64,000 bases of DNA from Candidatus Woesearchaeota archaeon (GTDB lineage Archaea > Nanobdellota > Nanobdellia > Woesearchaeales > JAZDKJ01), in contig JAZDKJ010000006.1 of assembly GCA_043803105.1 (NCBI GenBank), positions 448,001 to 512,000 of the forward strand. Reading direction: 5' to 3'. Of the stretch, positions 1-7,846 are shown in pieces. Below the pieces are notes generated by a model. It worked only from the letters and a program-made list of their open reading frames with translations, did no database searches and had not been told where the DNA came from. The stretch's first letter is position 1. The number at the start of each line of letters is the position of its first letter. The translations under genes were made by a program, and so were the position numbers.

Positions 1-638
1 GCCCTGGCAGCCAAATCGAGGTCATGCGTAACTATAATTATTGTCTTGTGTTCTTTCTTCCACAAGCCCTGCAAGAGCGATAATATGTCCATTCCTGACT
101 TGCTGTCAAGGTTGCCTGTGGGCTCGTCGGCAAGCACAACATCAGGGTCATTTGAAAGTGCCCTAGCAATCGCGACACGCTGCTGCTGGCCACCAGAAAG
201 CTGGTTCGGCAGGTGATGCATCCTGTCAGCGAGTCCGACGAGCGCGAGTAGTTTTTCTGCCTTCTTCTTGGACTCATCCACTGGTGTGTCTTGGAATTCC
301 ATCGGCAGCATCACATTTTCAAGCGCACTTAATGTTGGTACAAGGTTGAACTGCTGGAAGATGAATCCGATTTTTCTCCCTCGTATCTGGGACAGCGCTG
401 ATTCGCTTAGCTTTGCTATATCCTTGTTTTCAAGATAAACCTCTCCTTTGCTTGGAAGGTCAAGGCATCCAACAAGGTTCATGAGCGTGCTCTTGCCAGA
501 ACCGCTTGCGCCTACGATAGCAACAAAATCTCCCTGCTCGATTTCCATGCTTACTCCCTTGAGAGCATTAACCTCTACGTAACCCATCTTGTAGATTTTC
601 CAGACATTCTGGAGTTTGAGTATTAGTTCCTTTACCAT
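1..638 (-). CDS. ABC transporter ATP-binding protein (LolD/MacB-like), 3' end runs off the window
   Basis: Manual translation from ATG at 638 (not in ORF track): [16 protein letters not shown]..., Walker [49 protein letters not shown]. Confidence 0.93.
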   Translation of the reverse strand, partial: MVKELILKLQNVWKIYKMGYVEVNALKGVSMEIEQGDFVAIVGASGSGKSTLMNLVGCLDLPSKGEVYLENKDIAKLSESALSQIRGRKIGFIFQQFNLVPTLSALENVMLPMEFQDTPVDESKKKAEKLLALVGLADRMHHLPNQLSGGQQQRVAIARALSNDPDVVLADEPTGNLDSKSGMDILSLLQGLWKKEHKTIIIVTHDLDLAAR

Positions 639-646
639 CCGGTCAG

Positions 647-805
647 TGAAACTAATTTAGTTTAAAAGCCTTGTGAAAGATGGTTTCAAGCCATCTGTTC
701 GAAAACCGCAAAACTTTTATACCAAATTGCTTTCCTTGTAACAACCTGAAACGAAACAATTTATAAATGTTTGTTGAAACCAGCTGAAACGAAACAAGAT
801 GAAAC
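647..805. promoter_or_regulatory. Divergent promoter region with clustered TGAAAC/GTTTCA boxes (putative operator array)
   Basis: TGAAAC at 647, 747, 775, 785 and 800; GTTTCA at 683; direct repeat CTGAAACGAAACAA at 746-759 and 784-797 flanking a TATA-like TTATAAAT (761-768). Confidence 0.6.
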
Positions 806-1332
806 TAGACGATAAGAGGCCTGTAACCGGAAGAAACGTTTACTGGGTCATTGCTATTGTCTGCCTGATTTATGGTGGAATTGCGCTTGTTATCTTTTTC
901 CAACAGCTGTCGATTGTGTATTTTAGGCCAGAGATGCCTCAGCAAAGGAACTTGACTTTGGAGCGGCCGCATCCAAATTCAAGGTTTAACGCAATTATGG
1001 CATTCCCGATGCTTGCCACTTTCTTTGGCTCTGTTGTTTCCATCCTTGCAGGCATTTCCATGTTAAGCCTGCTCCGAAAGAAGGAGAAAAAGCAGATTAC
1101 TCGCGATCTCCTTGATTCTGTGATTCTTCCTGACGAAAGGCTTGTCTTAAGGACTCTTGAGAGCAGGCACGGAGAGCTTACCCAGTCAGAGCTTGTTTCC
1201 ATCACAAAACTCTCTAAGGTCAAGGTTCATAGGATTGTGAAAAGACTTGCATCAATGGGTGTTGTCGCCAAATATCCGTATGGCTTAACCAACAAGATAA
1301 TGCTTGAGAAGGGCTTTCATGTTTCTGACTGA
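799..1332 (+). CDS. Membrane-tethered winged-HTH transcriptional regulator (2 TM + C-terminal wHTH, COG2512-like)
   Basis: Two hydrophobic helices, then DERLVLRTL..GELTQSELVSITKLSKVKVHRIVKRLASMGVV..YGLTNKI; paralogous to 54181..54684. Confidence 0.8.
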   Translation: MKLDDKRPVTGRNVYWVIAIVCLIYGGIALVIFFQQLSIVYFRPEMPQQRNLTLERPHPNSRFNAIMAFPMLATFFGSVVSILAGISMLSLLRKKEKKQITRDLLDSVILPDERLVLRTLESRHGELTQSELVSITKLSKVKVHRIVKRLASMGVVAKYPYGLTNKIMLEKGFHVSD

Positions 1333-1375
1333 ACACCTAAACTTTAATATATCCCTTGGTTCTACTTCCCACAGT

Positions 1376-1426
1376 GGGCGTGTAGCATACTCACAGAACC
1401 TGGTTCTGTAGTCGCTCCACGTGCCA
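1376..1426 (+). repeat. Duplicated 5' end of tRNA-Arg followed by a hairpin; tRNA-like mini element
   Basis: GGGCGTGTAGCATA identical to 1473-1486; inverted repeat ACAGAACC-T-GGTTCTGT; ends CACGTGCCA; TATA-like TTTAATATA about 25-30 nt upstream. Confidence 0.6.
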
Positions 1427-1472
1427 GCATTGCCAAAAGGTTTATCATTGGTATCAGTGATTGCCTTTGGTT

Positions 1473-1584
1473 GGGCGTGTAGCATAATCCGGATCGTGCG
1501 ACCGGCTTCGGCAAGCAATCGCAATGATATGAGCAAGTTGCTTGGGGATACCGGTTGATCGGGGTTCAAATCCTCGCACGCTCA
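1473..1584 (+). tRNA. tRNA-Arg (anticodon TCG) with a 38-nt canonical 37/38 intron (1512-1549)
   Basis: Acceptor GGGCGTG/CACGCTC, D-loop GGA, anticodon stem ACCGG/CCGGT with CT-TCG-G, T-arm CGGGG-TTCAAAT-CCTCG; the intron forms a bulge-helix-bulge (CUUC/GGGG helix, AAGCAA/TTGCTT stem); BRE-TATA-like AAAAGGTTTATC upstream. Confidence 0.92.
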
Positions 1585-1643
1585 TGAGCGTAGCGAATGA
1601 GCTGCGAGACCAGCAACGAAAGTTGCGCTGCCTCGCACGCTCA
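1585..1643 (+). repeat. tRNA trailer hairpin built from copies of the tRNA 3' end
   Basis: Two degenerate inverted copies (TGAGCGTAGCGA 1585-1596, TGAGCTGCGAG 1598-1608), a GCAAC-GAAA-GTTGC loop, an exact direct copy CCTCGCACGCTCA (1631-1643), then a T-tract. Confidence 0.7.
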
Positions 1644-1718
1644 CCTTTTATTTTCTTCGTGATTCTTCCGGTACACCTTCCAAAGCATTAATTAACCACA
1701 GCGTTTTTGTAGAGATTA

Positions 1719-1832
1719 ATGAAATTGAAAGTGATAAAGAAGGCTGACCTACAGGAGTCGTTTGGCACTATTGAAAAGAAGATTTCAGGTCAGGAATTCA
1801 AGGACTTTGTGAGGCAAGGTTGGCACAAATAA
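1719..1832 (+). CDS. Small protein resembling the C-terminal part of a VapB-type antitoxin (possible remnant)
   Basis: Manual translation MKLKVIKKADLQESFGTIEKKISGQEFKDFVRQGWHK; no adjacent toxin. Confidence 0.35.
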   Translation: MKLKVIKKADLQESFGTIEKKISGQEFKDFVRQGWHK

Positions 1833-2093
1833 AGGCTGCTGGCGTTCAGTTCACTTGCTACATAGTGCGTATTAATAATATCCCTCCGTATAACGGATTG
1901 AGACAAAAAAGAAATGGGTTCACAGAATCAGGTGCATAAACCCAAAAGTTATCTCACGCTCTGCATTTACCATATTCCACAATTATATAAATCTTTCTTT
2001 GAATTACTCGGAAATTTCACGAAAATTCTAAACTTGCCTGAAGGCATAGATTCACAAATCCAAACAAATAAATATCTTTAATCCTTACTTGTT

Positions 2094-3485
2094 TTGATGC
2101 AAAAGAAGTGGATAATCCTGGGCATTGTGGTGCTGACAAGCTTCATGAGCGCGCTTGACGTGAGCATTACCAATGTTGCTATGCCTGCTATCGGAGAGAG
2201 CCTGAAGGCAACCTTCCAGCTCATTACTTTGGTACCATTGTTCTATCTTCTTTCCTTGAGCATGTTTGTCATTCCGTTTGGAAAGCTTGCAGACATTCAC
2301 GGCAGAAAGAATTTCTATATTGCAGGTGTCATTTTGTTTACCATTGGTTCTGCCATTTCCGGCATTGCGCCGACGATTCATGCACTAATCGGCTTCAGGT
2401 TTCTACAAGGCATCGGTGCTGCCTTAATACAGGCAACTGCTGTTGCCATTGTTACAGAGGTCTTCGCTTCAACAGAACGTGGTAAAGCCCTTGGAATCAG
2501 CATTGCATCTGTTTACACAGGCCTTATAGCAGGGCCCTTGATTGGCGGTTTAATCCTGCAATTCCTTAGCTGGAGGTACATCTTCTTTGTGAATATCCCT
2601 ATTGGGGTTGCTGCCATTATCGCAGCATTCTTCAGCATAGAAAAGCTCGCGGAGCCACTGCAAAAGTCAGTCTTTAATTGGGGTGGTGCTATTAGCCTTG
2701 TTGTCTTCGTTGGCTCCCTCCTCGCTGCCTCACAGTTTTATGGCGGGTACTTGTCCATCGTCCTTGGTGTTCTTAGCCTCCTTGCTTTCTTGTATACAGA
2801 ATTCGTCGGCAAGAATCCATTGATAGGCTTGAAGCGCCTTGCCAGGAACATGATGTTTGTTTTTGCAAATCTCACTGCCATGCTTAACTATATGGGCATC
2901 TTTGCTGTCTCATTTCTTTTGGCATTTTATTTCATCAGCGTGAGAGAACTCTCGCCGCTCCATGCAGGCCTTTTGCTTGGTATCATGCCTCTTGCCCAGG
3001 CGATCCTCTCGCCAGTATTTGGAAGCCTCTCAGACAGGATTGGCTCAAGGCTTTTGAGCTCTTCAGGAATGGCGCTCATAACACTTGGAATTGCCATGTT
3101 GTCCTCTTTAACAGATCACTCAAGCCTGATTGCGGTTGCGGTCTATACTCTCATAATTGGGGTTGGCATGGGTATGTTCTCCTCTCCAAACACAAGTGCC
3201 ATTATGGGCTCTGTTGACAAGCAGCATTTAGGAATTGCCGCAAGCTTTCTTGCCACAATGCGCCTGATTGGCCAGTCTGTCAGCATCATCATACTGGCTG
3301 TTATAATGGCCAGGTTTGTTCCCACTGAATTGATGCAGGAAATAGTGTCAGGCATTGCCCAGAATCTCTCAACCGCAAAGCTTGAATTTATGGCAGGCTT
3401 TCATTATTGCTTCCTTGTACTGTCTGTTTTTACTTTTTTAGGCATTTTCACCTCCCTTTCGCGAGGAAGGTCTAGGAAACAATAA
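2094..3485 (+). CDS. MFS drug:H+ antiporter (DHA2, EmrB/QacA family)
   Basis: About 14 TM; LDVSITNVAMPAI, GKLADIHGRK, RFLQGIG, ERGKALG, WRYIFFVNIPIG. Confidence 0.93.
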   Translation: MMQKKWIILGIVVLTSFMSALDVSITNVAMPAIGESLKATFQLITLVPLFYLLSLSMFVIPFGKLADIHGRKNFYIAGVILFTIGSAISGIAPTIHALIGFRFLQGIGAALIQATAVAIVTEVFASTERGKALGISIASVYTGLIAGPLIGGLILQFLSWRYIFFVNIPIGVAAIIAAFFSIEKLAEPLQKSVFNWGGAISLVVFVGSLLAASQFYGGYLSIVLGVLSLLAFLYTEFVGKNPLIGLKRLARNMMFVFANLTAMLNYMGIFAVSFLLAFYFISVRELSPLHAGLLLGIMPLAQAILSPVFGSLSDRIGSRLLSSSGMALITLGIAMLSSLTDHSSLIAVAVYTLIIGVGMGMFSSPNTSAIMGSVDKQHLGIAASFLATMRLIGQSVSIIILAVIMARFVPTELMQEIVSGIAQNLSTAKLEFMAGFHYCFLVLSVFTFLGIFTSLSRGRSRKQ

Positions 3486-3549
3486 ATAGTGTCTATATAG
3501 TAGTAACAAAATCGAAAAGTTTAAATAGTTGCGTTTTCTCCTGCTTCTT

Positions 3550-3861
3550 ATGGAAGGACCAAAAGAATCTACATCTCCAATGCAAGTGCTTGAGCAGAAA
3601 TTGAAAGGTATGCTACAGGACTTTCGTCCTGAAAAATTCGTGAATTTTGCCGACAGGCACCCAACTGTCTTGGAGATTTACAAACTCAAGAATAATGCCA
3701 AAGATGTTGCTGACAGCTTTACCAGCCTGAGTGGATATGTTCCCAAAGAAATCTTGGATCTCGAAAAGTTACTAGCTGCTCAGAATTATGTGGCTTCTGG
3801 TCTTTGGTCGTTAGGTTATATGCCACCCCCTGTTTCTAAATCATTGCCTGATACAGAATAA
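3550..3861 (+). CDS. Hypothetical protein
   Basis: ORF filling the gap, preceded by BRE-TATA GAAAAGTTTAAATA; no recognised motif. Confidence 0.55.
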   Translation: MEGPKESTSPMQVLEQKLKGMLQDFRPEKFVNFADRHPTVLEIYKLKNNAKDVADSFTSLSGYVPKEILDLEKLLAAQNYVASGLWSLGYMPPPVSKSLPDTE

Positions 3862-3907
3862 TCATAATAGAAAGCTTTATAACTGAAAGCAGAAAGAGTT
3901 TCAGAAA

Positions 3908-4339
3908 ATGGTAACCGTTTTTGATGTTCCACAAGGGCAATTAACTACAGAGCTCTCAAATGACATGAAAAAGATTCCTGAGTTCAAGCCTCCTGAGTGG
4001 GCTTCCTTCGTGAAGACCGGTGTCTACAAGCAAAGGCCTCCTGTTGATTCAGATTGGTGGTACAAGCGGGCCGCATCTGTTTTGAGGACGCTCTACTTGA
4101 AAGGCCCTATAGGTGTTTCAAAATTGCGGACCAGGTACGGCGGCAAGAAGAACCGCGGTGTCAAACCAGAAAAGTTTAAGAGGGGCTCGGGCAATATTAT
4201 CAGAAAAATCCTCCAGCAGCTTGAGAAGGCTCAGTTTGCTAAAAAAGTCGATAAGGGCGTCCACAAAGGCAGGGTTTTGTCTCCAAAAGGGAAGGCATTT
4301 GTTGACAAGGTTGCCTTGCGCCTCGCGAAGAAAGAATGA
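3908..4339 (+). CDS. rps19e: 30S ribosomal protein S19e
   Basis: PPEWASFVKTG..RPP..DWWYKRAAS..GPIGVSKLRTRYGG..GSGNIIRKILQQLE. Confidence 0.97.
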   Translation: MVTVFDVPQGQLTTELSNDMKKIPEFKPPEWASFVKTGVYKQRPPVDSDWWYKRAASVLRTLYLKGPIGVSKLRTRYGGKKNRGVKPEKFKRGSGNIIRKILQQLEKAQFAKKVDKGVHKGRVLSPKGKAFVDKVALRLAKKE

Positions 4340-4656
4340 GCGAGCTCGACGAGATTAGGAAAAGAAAGCTTGAGGAACTTCAGCAGAGGGCTGCAGGGCA
4401 GCAGCAGGACGAAGCTCAGATGCAGCAGGAGCTTGTCCAACTGGAACTTGCCGTAAAGTCGCGGATGACAAAAGAAGCGATGCAAAGGTATGGCAACATC
4501 AAGCTTGCTGATCAGGAAAGATCGATCCAGCTGCTTGTTGTCCTGGGCCAGCTTCTCCAGAGTGCAAGGATTCAGATGATTGATGATAACACCTTGAAGC
4601 AGGTTCTGCTTCAACTCCAGCAAAAGAAAAAGGATTTTACGATTACAAGGAAATAA
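4336..4656 (+). CDS. DNA-binding protein, PDCD5/TFAR19 family
   Basis: ELDEIRKRKLEELQ...TKEAMQRYGNIKL..IDDNTLKQVL..DFTITRK; conserved position after S19e. Confidence 0.92.
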   Translation: MSELDEIRKRKLEELQQRAAGQQQDEAQMQQELVQLELAVKSRMTKEAMQRYGNIKLADQERSIQLLVVLGQLLQSARIQMIDDNTLKQVLLQLQQKKKDFTITRK

Positions 4657-4657
4657 A

Positions 4658-4831
4658 ATGGCACGATACAAGCATTTAAGCAGGAAAAAGCGACTGATTA
4701 AGAGAAACTCGCAGACGCGCTGGGCTCCTTTTTGGACTGTGCCAAAGAAGTACGGCAAAGGCAGGAAAGTCCATCCGGGAAGGCATACCACAGTAAAGCG
4801 CTCATGGCGAAGGATAAAGACTAAGGCTTGA
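4658..4831 (+). CDS. rpl39e: 50S ribosomal protein L39e
   Basis: Manual translation (below ORF cutoff): MARYKHLSRKKRLIKRNSQTRWAPFWTVPKKYGKGRKVHPGRHTTVKRSWRRIKTKA; lies between PDCD5 and L31e. Confidence 0.9.
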   Translation: MARYKHLSRKKRLIKRNSQTRWAPFWTVPKKYGKGRKVHPGRHTTVKRSWRRIKTKA

Positions 4832-4835
4832 TAAC

Positions 4836-5372
4836 ATGGCTAAGAAAGAAGACAAACCAAAGCAGGTCTTGGAAAGGACCTATAATGTTCCTTTGAGGAG
4901 AGAGTTTCTCAAGGTTGCCAATTACCAGCGTGCCAAGAAAGCGATGAACGCTCTGCAGGCATTTCTGAAAAGGCATATGAAATCATCTGACATTAGCATC
5001 GGACGCCGTCTTAACATGAAGATCTGGGAGCGCGGTATTACCAATCCGCCGCATCATGTAAAGGTCACGGCAATCAAGTTTGATGACGGCACTGTGAAGG
5101 CAGAGCTTGTAGGCTTTCCCATAGATGAGAAGAAGAAAGAAAAGAGGAAGGCCAAGAAAGAAAAAGCAGAGCCTAAGACAGCTGATAGCAAGCCTGAAAC
5201 TGCTGAGGCAAAGACTGAGCCCAAATCAGAGGAAAAGCCAAAAAAATCTGAACAAAAGGCTCAGCAAAGAAAACCACAGGAAAAAGCCGTAGTAGAGCCT
5301 AAGAACGATGAAAACGTTGTTCAACCACAAAAAGATGCCACAAAGCTAAAAAAGGCAAAGGTTAAAGAATAG
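4836..5372 (+). CDS. rpl31e: 50S ribosomal protein L31e with a Lys/Glu/Pro-rich C-terminal extension
   Basis: ERTYNVPLRR..RAKKAM..FLKRHMK..LNMKIWERGITNPPHHVKV. Confidence 0.95.
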   Translation: MAKKEDKPKQVLERTYNVPLRREFLKVANYQRAKKAMNALQAFLKRHMKSSDISIGRRLNMKIWERGITNPPHHVKVTAIKFDDGTVKAELVGFPIDEKKKEKRKAKKEKAEPKTADSKPETAEAKTEPKSEEKPKKSEQKAQQRKPQEKAVVEPKNDENVVQPQKDATKLKKAKVKE

Positions 5373-5392
5373 TTGTTCTAACTTATTTTTGC

Positions 5393-6391
5393 ATGGAGAC
5401 TGTTATTAGAAAGCATTCTGAGACTGATGAGAGGTATGGCTCTTATCCAGAGAAGAGGCCAACTGCAATGATTCTCAATTATGGTGTTATCGTCATAAAC
5501 AAGCCCAAGGGTCCCACTTCGCATCAGGTAAGCGCTTATGTGCAGCAGATTCTTGGCATTTCAAAGAGCGGCCATTCAGGAACCCTTGATCCGCATGTGA
5601 CAGGGGTCTTGCCTGTTGCTCTAGACAAGGCCACAAGGATTGTGCAGACTCTTCTTCCTGCAGGCAAGGAGTATGTCTGCCTGATGCATGTCCATGACGA
5701 TGTGGAGGAACAGGTTCTTAGAGCTGCCATTGCGTCTTTTATTGGCCAGATCACCCAACTCCCTCCTGTGAAGAGCGCTGTGAAGCGTGAAGAAAGGCAA
5801 CGAAGCATATATTATCTTGAGGTCTTGGAGATTGACGGCCGTGAGGTTCTTTTCCGCGTGGGTTGTCAGGCCGGAACCTACATCAGGAAACTCTGCCACG
5901 ACATTGGGCAAAAGCTCGGCGTGGGAGCCCATATGGCCGAGCTGGTAAGAACAAAGGCCGGGCCTTTCGATGAGTCATCAATGGTGAGCTTGGACGACCT
6001 GCGTGATGCTTTCTTCTACTACAAGGAATGGCATAAGGACAAGTGGTTGCGCTCGATTATAAAACCTGTCGAGGATACGATAAACATGATGCAAAAGGTC
6101 TGGATCACTGATTCGACTGTTGAGCCTGTCTGCCACGGCACAGACCTGAACCTTCCTGGAATAAGCAAATTCACTGACGGCATAAAAGAAAATGAGCAGG
6201 TGGCGATCGTAACCCTGAAAGGAGAGTTAGTAGCTTTAGGAATTGCAAGGCTATCATCCAAGGATATGCTAAAGGACAAGGGCGTTGCTGTAAAGATTCA
6301 CAAGGTCTTCATGGAGCCGGGCACTTACCCAAAGGTCATGAACCAGGGAAAGGACAATCTGTCTGCGGGTTTTCTGCCTCAAACGCATTAA
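5393..6391 (+). CDS. cbf5: H/ACA RNA-guided pseudouridine synthase Cbf5 (TruB family)
   Basis: INKPKGPTSHQV, GHSGTLDPHVTGVLP, CQAGTYIRKLCHD, C-terminal PUA domain. Confidence 0.96.
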   Translation: METVIRKHSETDERYGSYPEKRPTAMILNYGVIVINKPKGPTSHQVSAYVQQILGISKSGHSGTLDPHVTGVLPVALDKATRIVQTLLPAGKEYVCLMHVHDDVEEQVLRAAIASFIGQITQLPPVKSAVKREERQRSIYYLEVLEIDGREVLFRVGCQAGTYIRKLCHDIGQKLGVGAHMAELVRTKAGPFDESSMVSLDDLRDAFFYYKEWHKDKWLRSIIKPVEDTINMMQKVWITDSTVEPVCHGTDLNLPGISKFTDGIKENEQVAIVTLKGELVALGIARLSSKDMLKDKGVAVKIHKVFMEPGTYPKVMNQGKDNLSAGFLPQTH

Positions 6392-6806
6392 TCAATTCGT
6401 CATTGTCGATTTTTATTGAGTAATCATACCAGTCCAGCTTCTGTTTCTTGATAAAGCGAAGAAACTTTTTTTGTTTTTTCTCGTCCCATGAGTCGAAGAG
6501 TTGCGCTGCCTTGCATAGGTGCTCTACATCGCAATGGCCTACTCTTAGATCCTCCTCGTTAACTGCAGGATGCAAAGGGCATCCGAGCTTTCCGTTAGGC
6601 AGCCTGATTAAGTTGCGGCAGATGCCGCATTCTCTAAGCTCTTGAGACCTGTTCATGAATTCGCGCTTGTCAGTGTACTCTGCAAATTCCAGAGTGTTTT
6701 TCTTTATTGCGATATCAGCCTCATCCTTGCTTCCAAATGTGTGGCCGCAGCAGCCGAAGCAGCCTGTGTGGTTTATCTGGCAAAGCCTTGAGTGAGTGTA
6801 TTTCAT
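6336..6806 (-). CDS. Cys-rich putative Zn/Fe-S binding protein (YkgJ/CxxCxxCC-like)
   Basis: LC..GCFGCC, CGICRNL, GCPLHP, HCDVEHLC. Confidence 0.6.
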   Translation of the reverse strand: MKYTHSRLCQINHTGCFGCCGHTFGSKDEADIAIKKNTLEFAEYTDKREFMNRSQELRECGICRNLIRLPNGKLGCPLHPAVNEEDLRVGHCDVEHLCKAAQLFDSWDEKKQKKFLRFIKKQKLDWYDYSIKIDNDELINAFEAENPQTDCPFPGS

Positions 6807-6808
6807 GT

Positions 6809-7078
6809 TCAATCAACTGTAAACAGGGTGCTGTCCCTCACCTTGAAGAATCCGAGCCTTGCTCCGCAGTCAAGCCATCCGTGCGCATAGTTGATGCAGG
6901 CGAAAGAATTCACTATGTCTCCTTTGTCTTTGAAATGCATTGCGTCCCTGTAATATCTGTCTGCCATGTCCCAGACTATCTCTGCCCCTGGCTTGTCAAA
7001 GTTCTCTTTTGCCATTTCCAACGCTTTCACTGTTATTTCAACGTACTTCGCCAGGTGCTTGTCAGTTATCTCCCTCAT
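6809..7078 (-). CDS. DUF357 domain protein
   Basis: MADRYYRDAMHF..GDIVNSFACINYAHGWLDCGARLG. Confidence 0.9.
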   Translation of the reverse strand: MREITDKHLAKYVEITVKALEMAKENFDKPGAEIVWDMADRYYRDAMHFKDKGDIVNSFACINYAHGWLDCGARLGFFKVRDSTLFTVD

Positions 7079-7150
7079 TCTTTATTAGAATCTTTTTTTG
7101 CTTTTATTACTTTCGGAACATATATAAATTCGCAGGCTGACCTTTCGCCA

Positions 7151-7813
7151 ATGACGCTCTTCAACAGGCGCAGGAAAGTTTTCAGCCGGATATATTTGTA
7201 TGCTCTGGCAGTCTGCGTTCTGAGCACGTACCTCTACATTAACATTGTCGATGATCTAGTGAATAAGGAGACTGTCACAAACCTTGACCAGTTATTGTAT
7301 GGTGGCATTTCCTCCTTGTGGTCAGGCCCCTTAACCCAATTTATGGTGCTGATTACAAATCTTGGAAGCACTTTTGCACTCTTGTCATTCTCTGTTGCCC
7401 TTGGGCTTGTCCTTGCCTATCGGAAAAAATGGTACAAGCTGGTATTTCTCGCCGCGTCCATGCTCTTGGGCCTGATGCTTGAACTCTTGACAAAACAATT
7501 TGTGCAGAGGCCTAGGCCTGATGGGTTGATTCCTGTTACTGGCTATAGTTTTCCGAGCGGCCACGCAACTATGGCAATTATTTTCTTTGCTGTTGCGCTT
7601 TTTACTTACAAGGGTGAGCTAAAAGCGCTGTGGCTATGGTACTCATTTGTTGTCTTGATGGTTGCTCTTCCCCTGTTGATAGCCTTCAGCAGGATTTACC
7701 TAAGGGTGCATTATTTTTCAGACGTCATAGGGGGTCTTCTTCTGGGAGTCTTTGTGTTATGCTTTACCCTGCTTGTGTTGCGCCTTTTCTGGAAAACCAA
7801 AAATTTATATTGA
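7151..7813 (+). CDS. PAP2-family membrane phosphatase (prenyl-pyrophosphate phosphatase-like)
   Basis: KQFVQRPRP, YSFPSGHA, SRIYLRVHYFSDVIGG; true start probably ATG 7151 (the longer ORF overlaps DUF357 antisense). Confidence 0.92.
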   Translation: MTLFNRRRKVFSRIYLYALAVCVLSTYLYINIVDDLVNKETVTNLDQLLYGGISSLWSGPLTQFMVLITNLGSTFALLSFSVALGLVLAYRKKWYKLVFLAASMLLGLMLELLTKQFVQRPRPDGLIPVTGYSFPSGHATMAIIFFAVALFTYKGELKALWLWYSFVVLMVALPLLIAFSRIYLRVHYFSDVIGGLLLGVFVLCFTLLVLRLFWKTKNLY

Positions 7814-7846
7814 GCTACGGTTGCATGTCTATAAAAAGAGGTTGGA

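Noticed and set aside
1376-1643. Multi-intron or split tRNA using the outer duplicated ends
   Set aside because: The inner 1473-1584 gene is already complete, and I found no convincing BHB motifs at the outer junctions.
4231-4791. 186-aa minus-strand ORF and similar long antisense ORFs (e.g. 22738..23298, 27058..27639, 57802..58248)
   Set aside because: Shadows of well-supported genes on the opposite strand, with no motifs of their own.
6707-7150. N-terminal extension of the PAP2 ORF
   Set aside because: It is the antisense shadow of the DUF357 and Cys-rich genes; the PAP2 protein plausibly starts at 7151.
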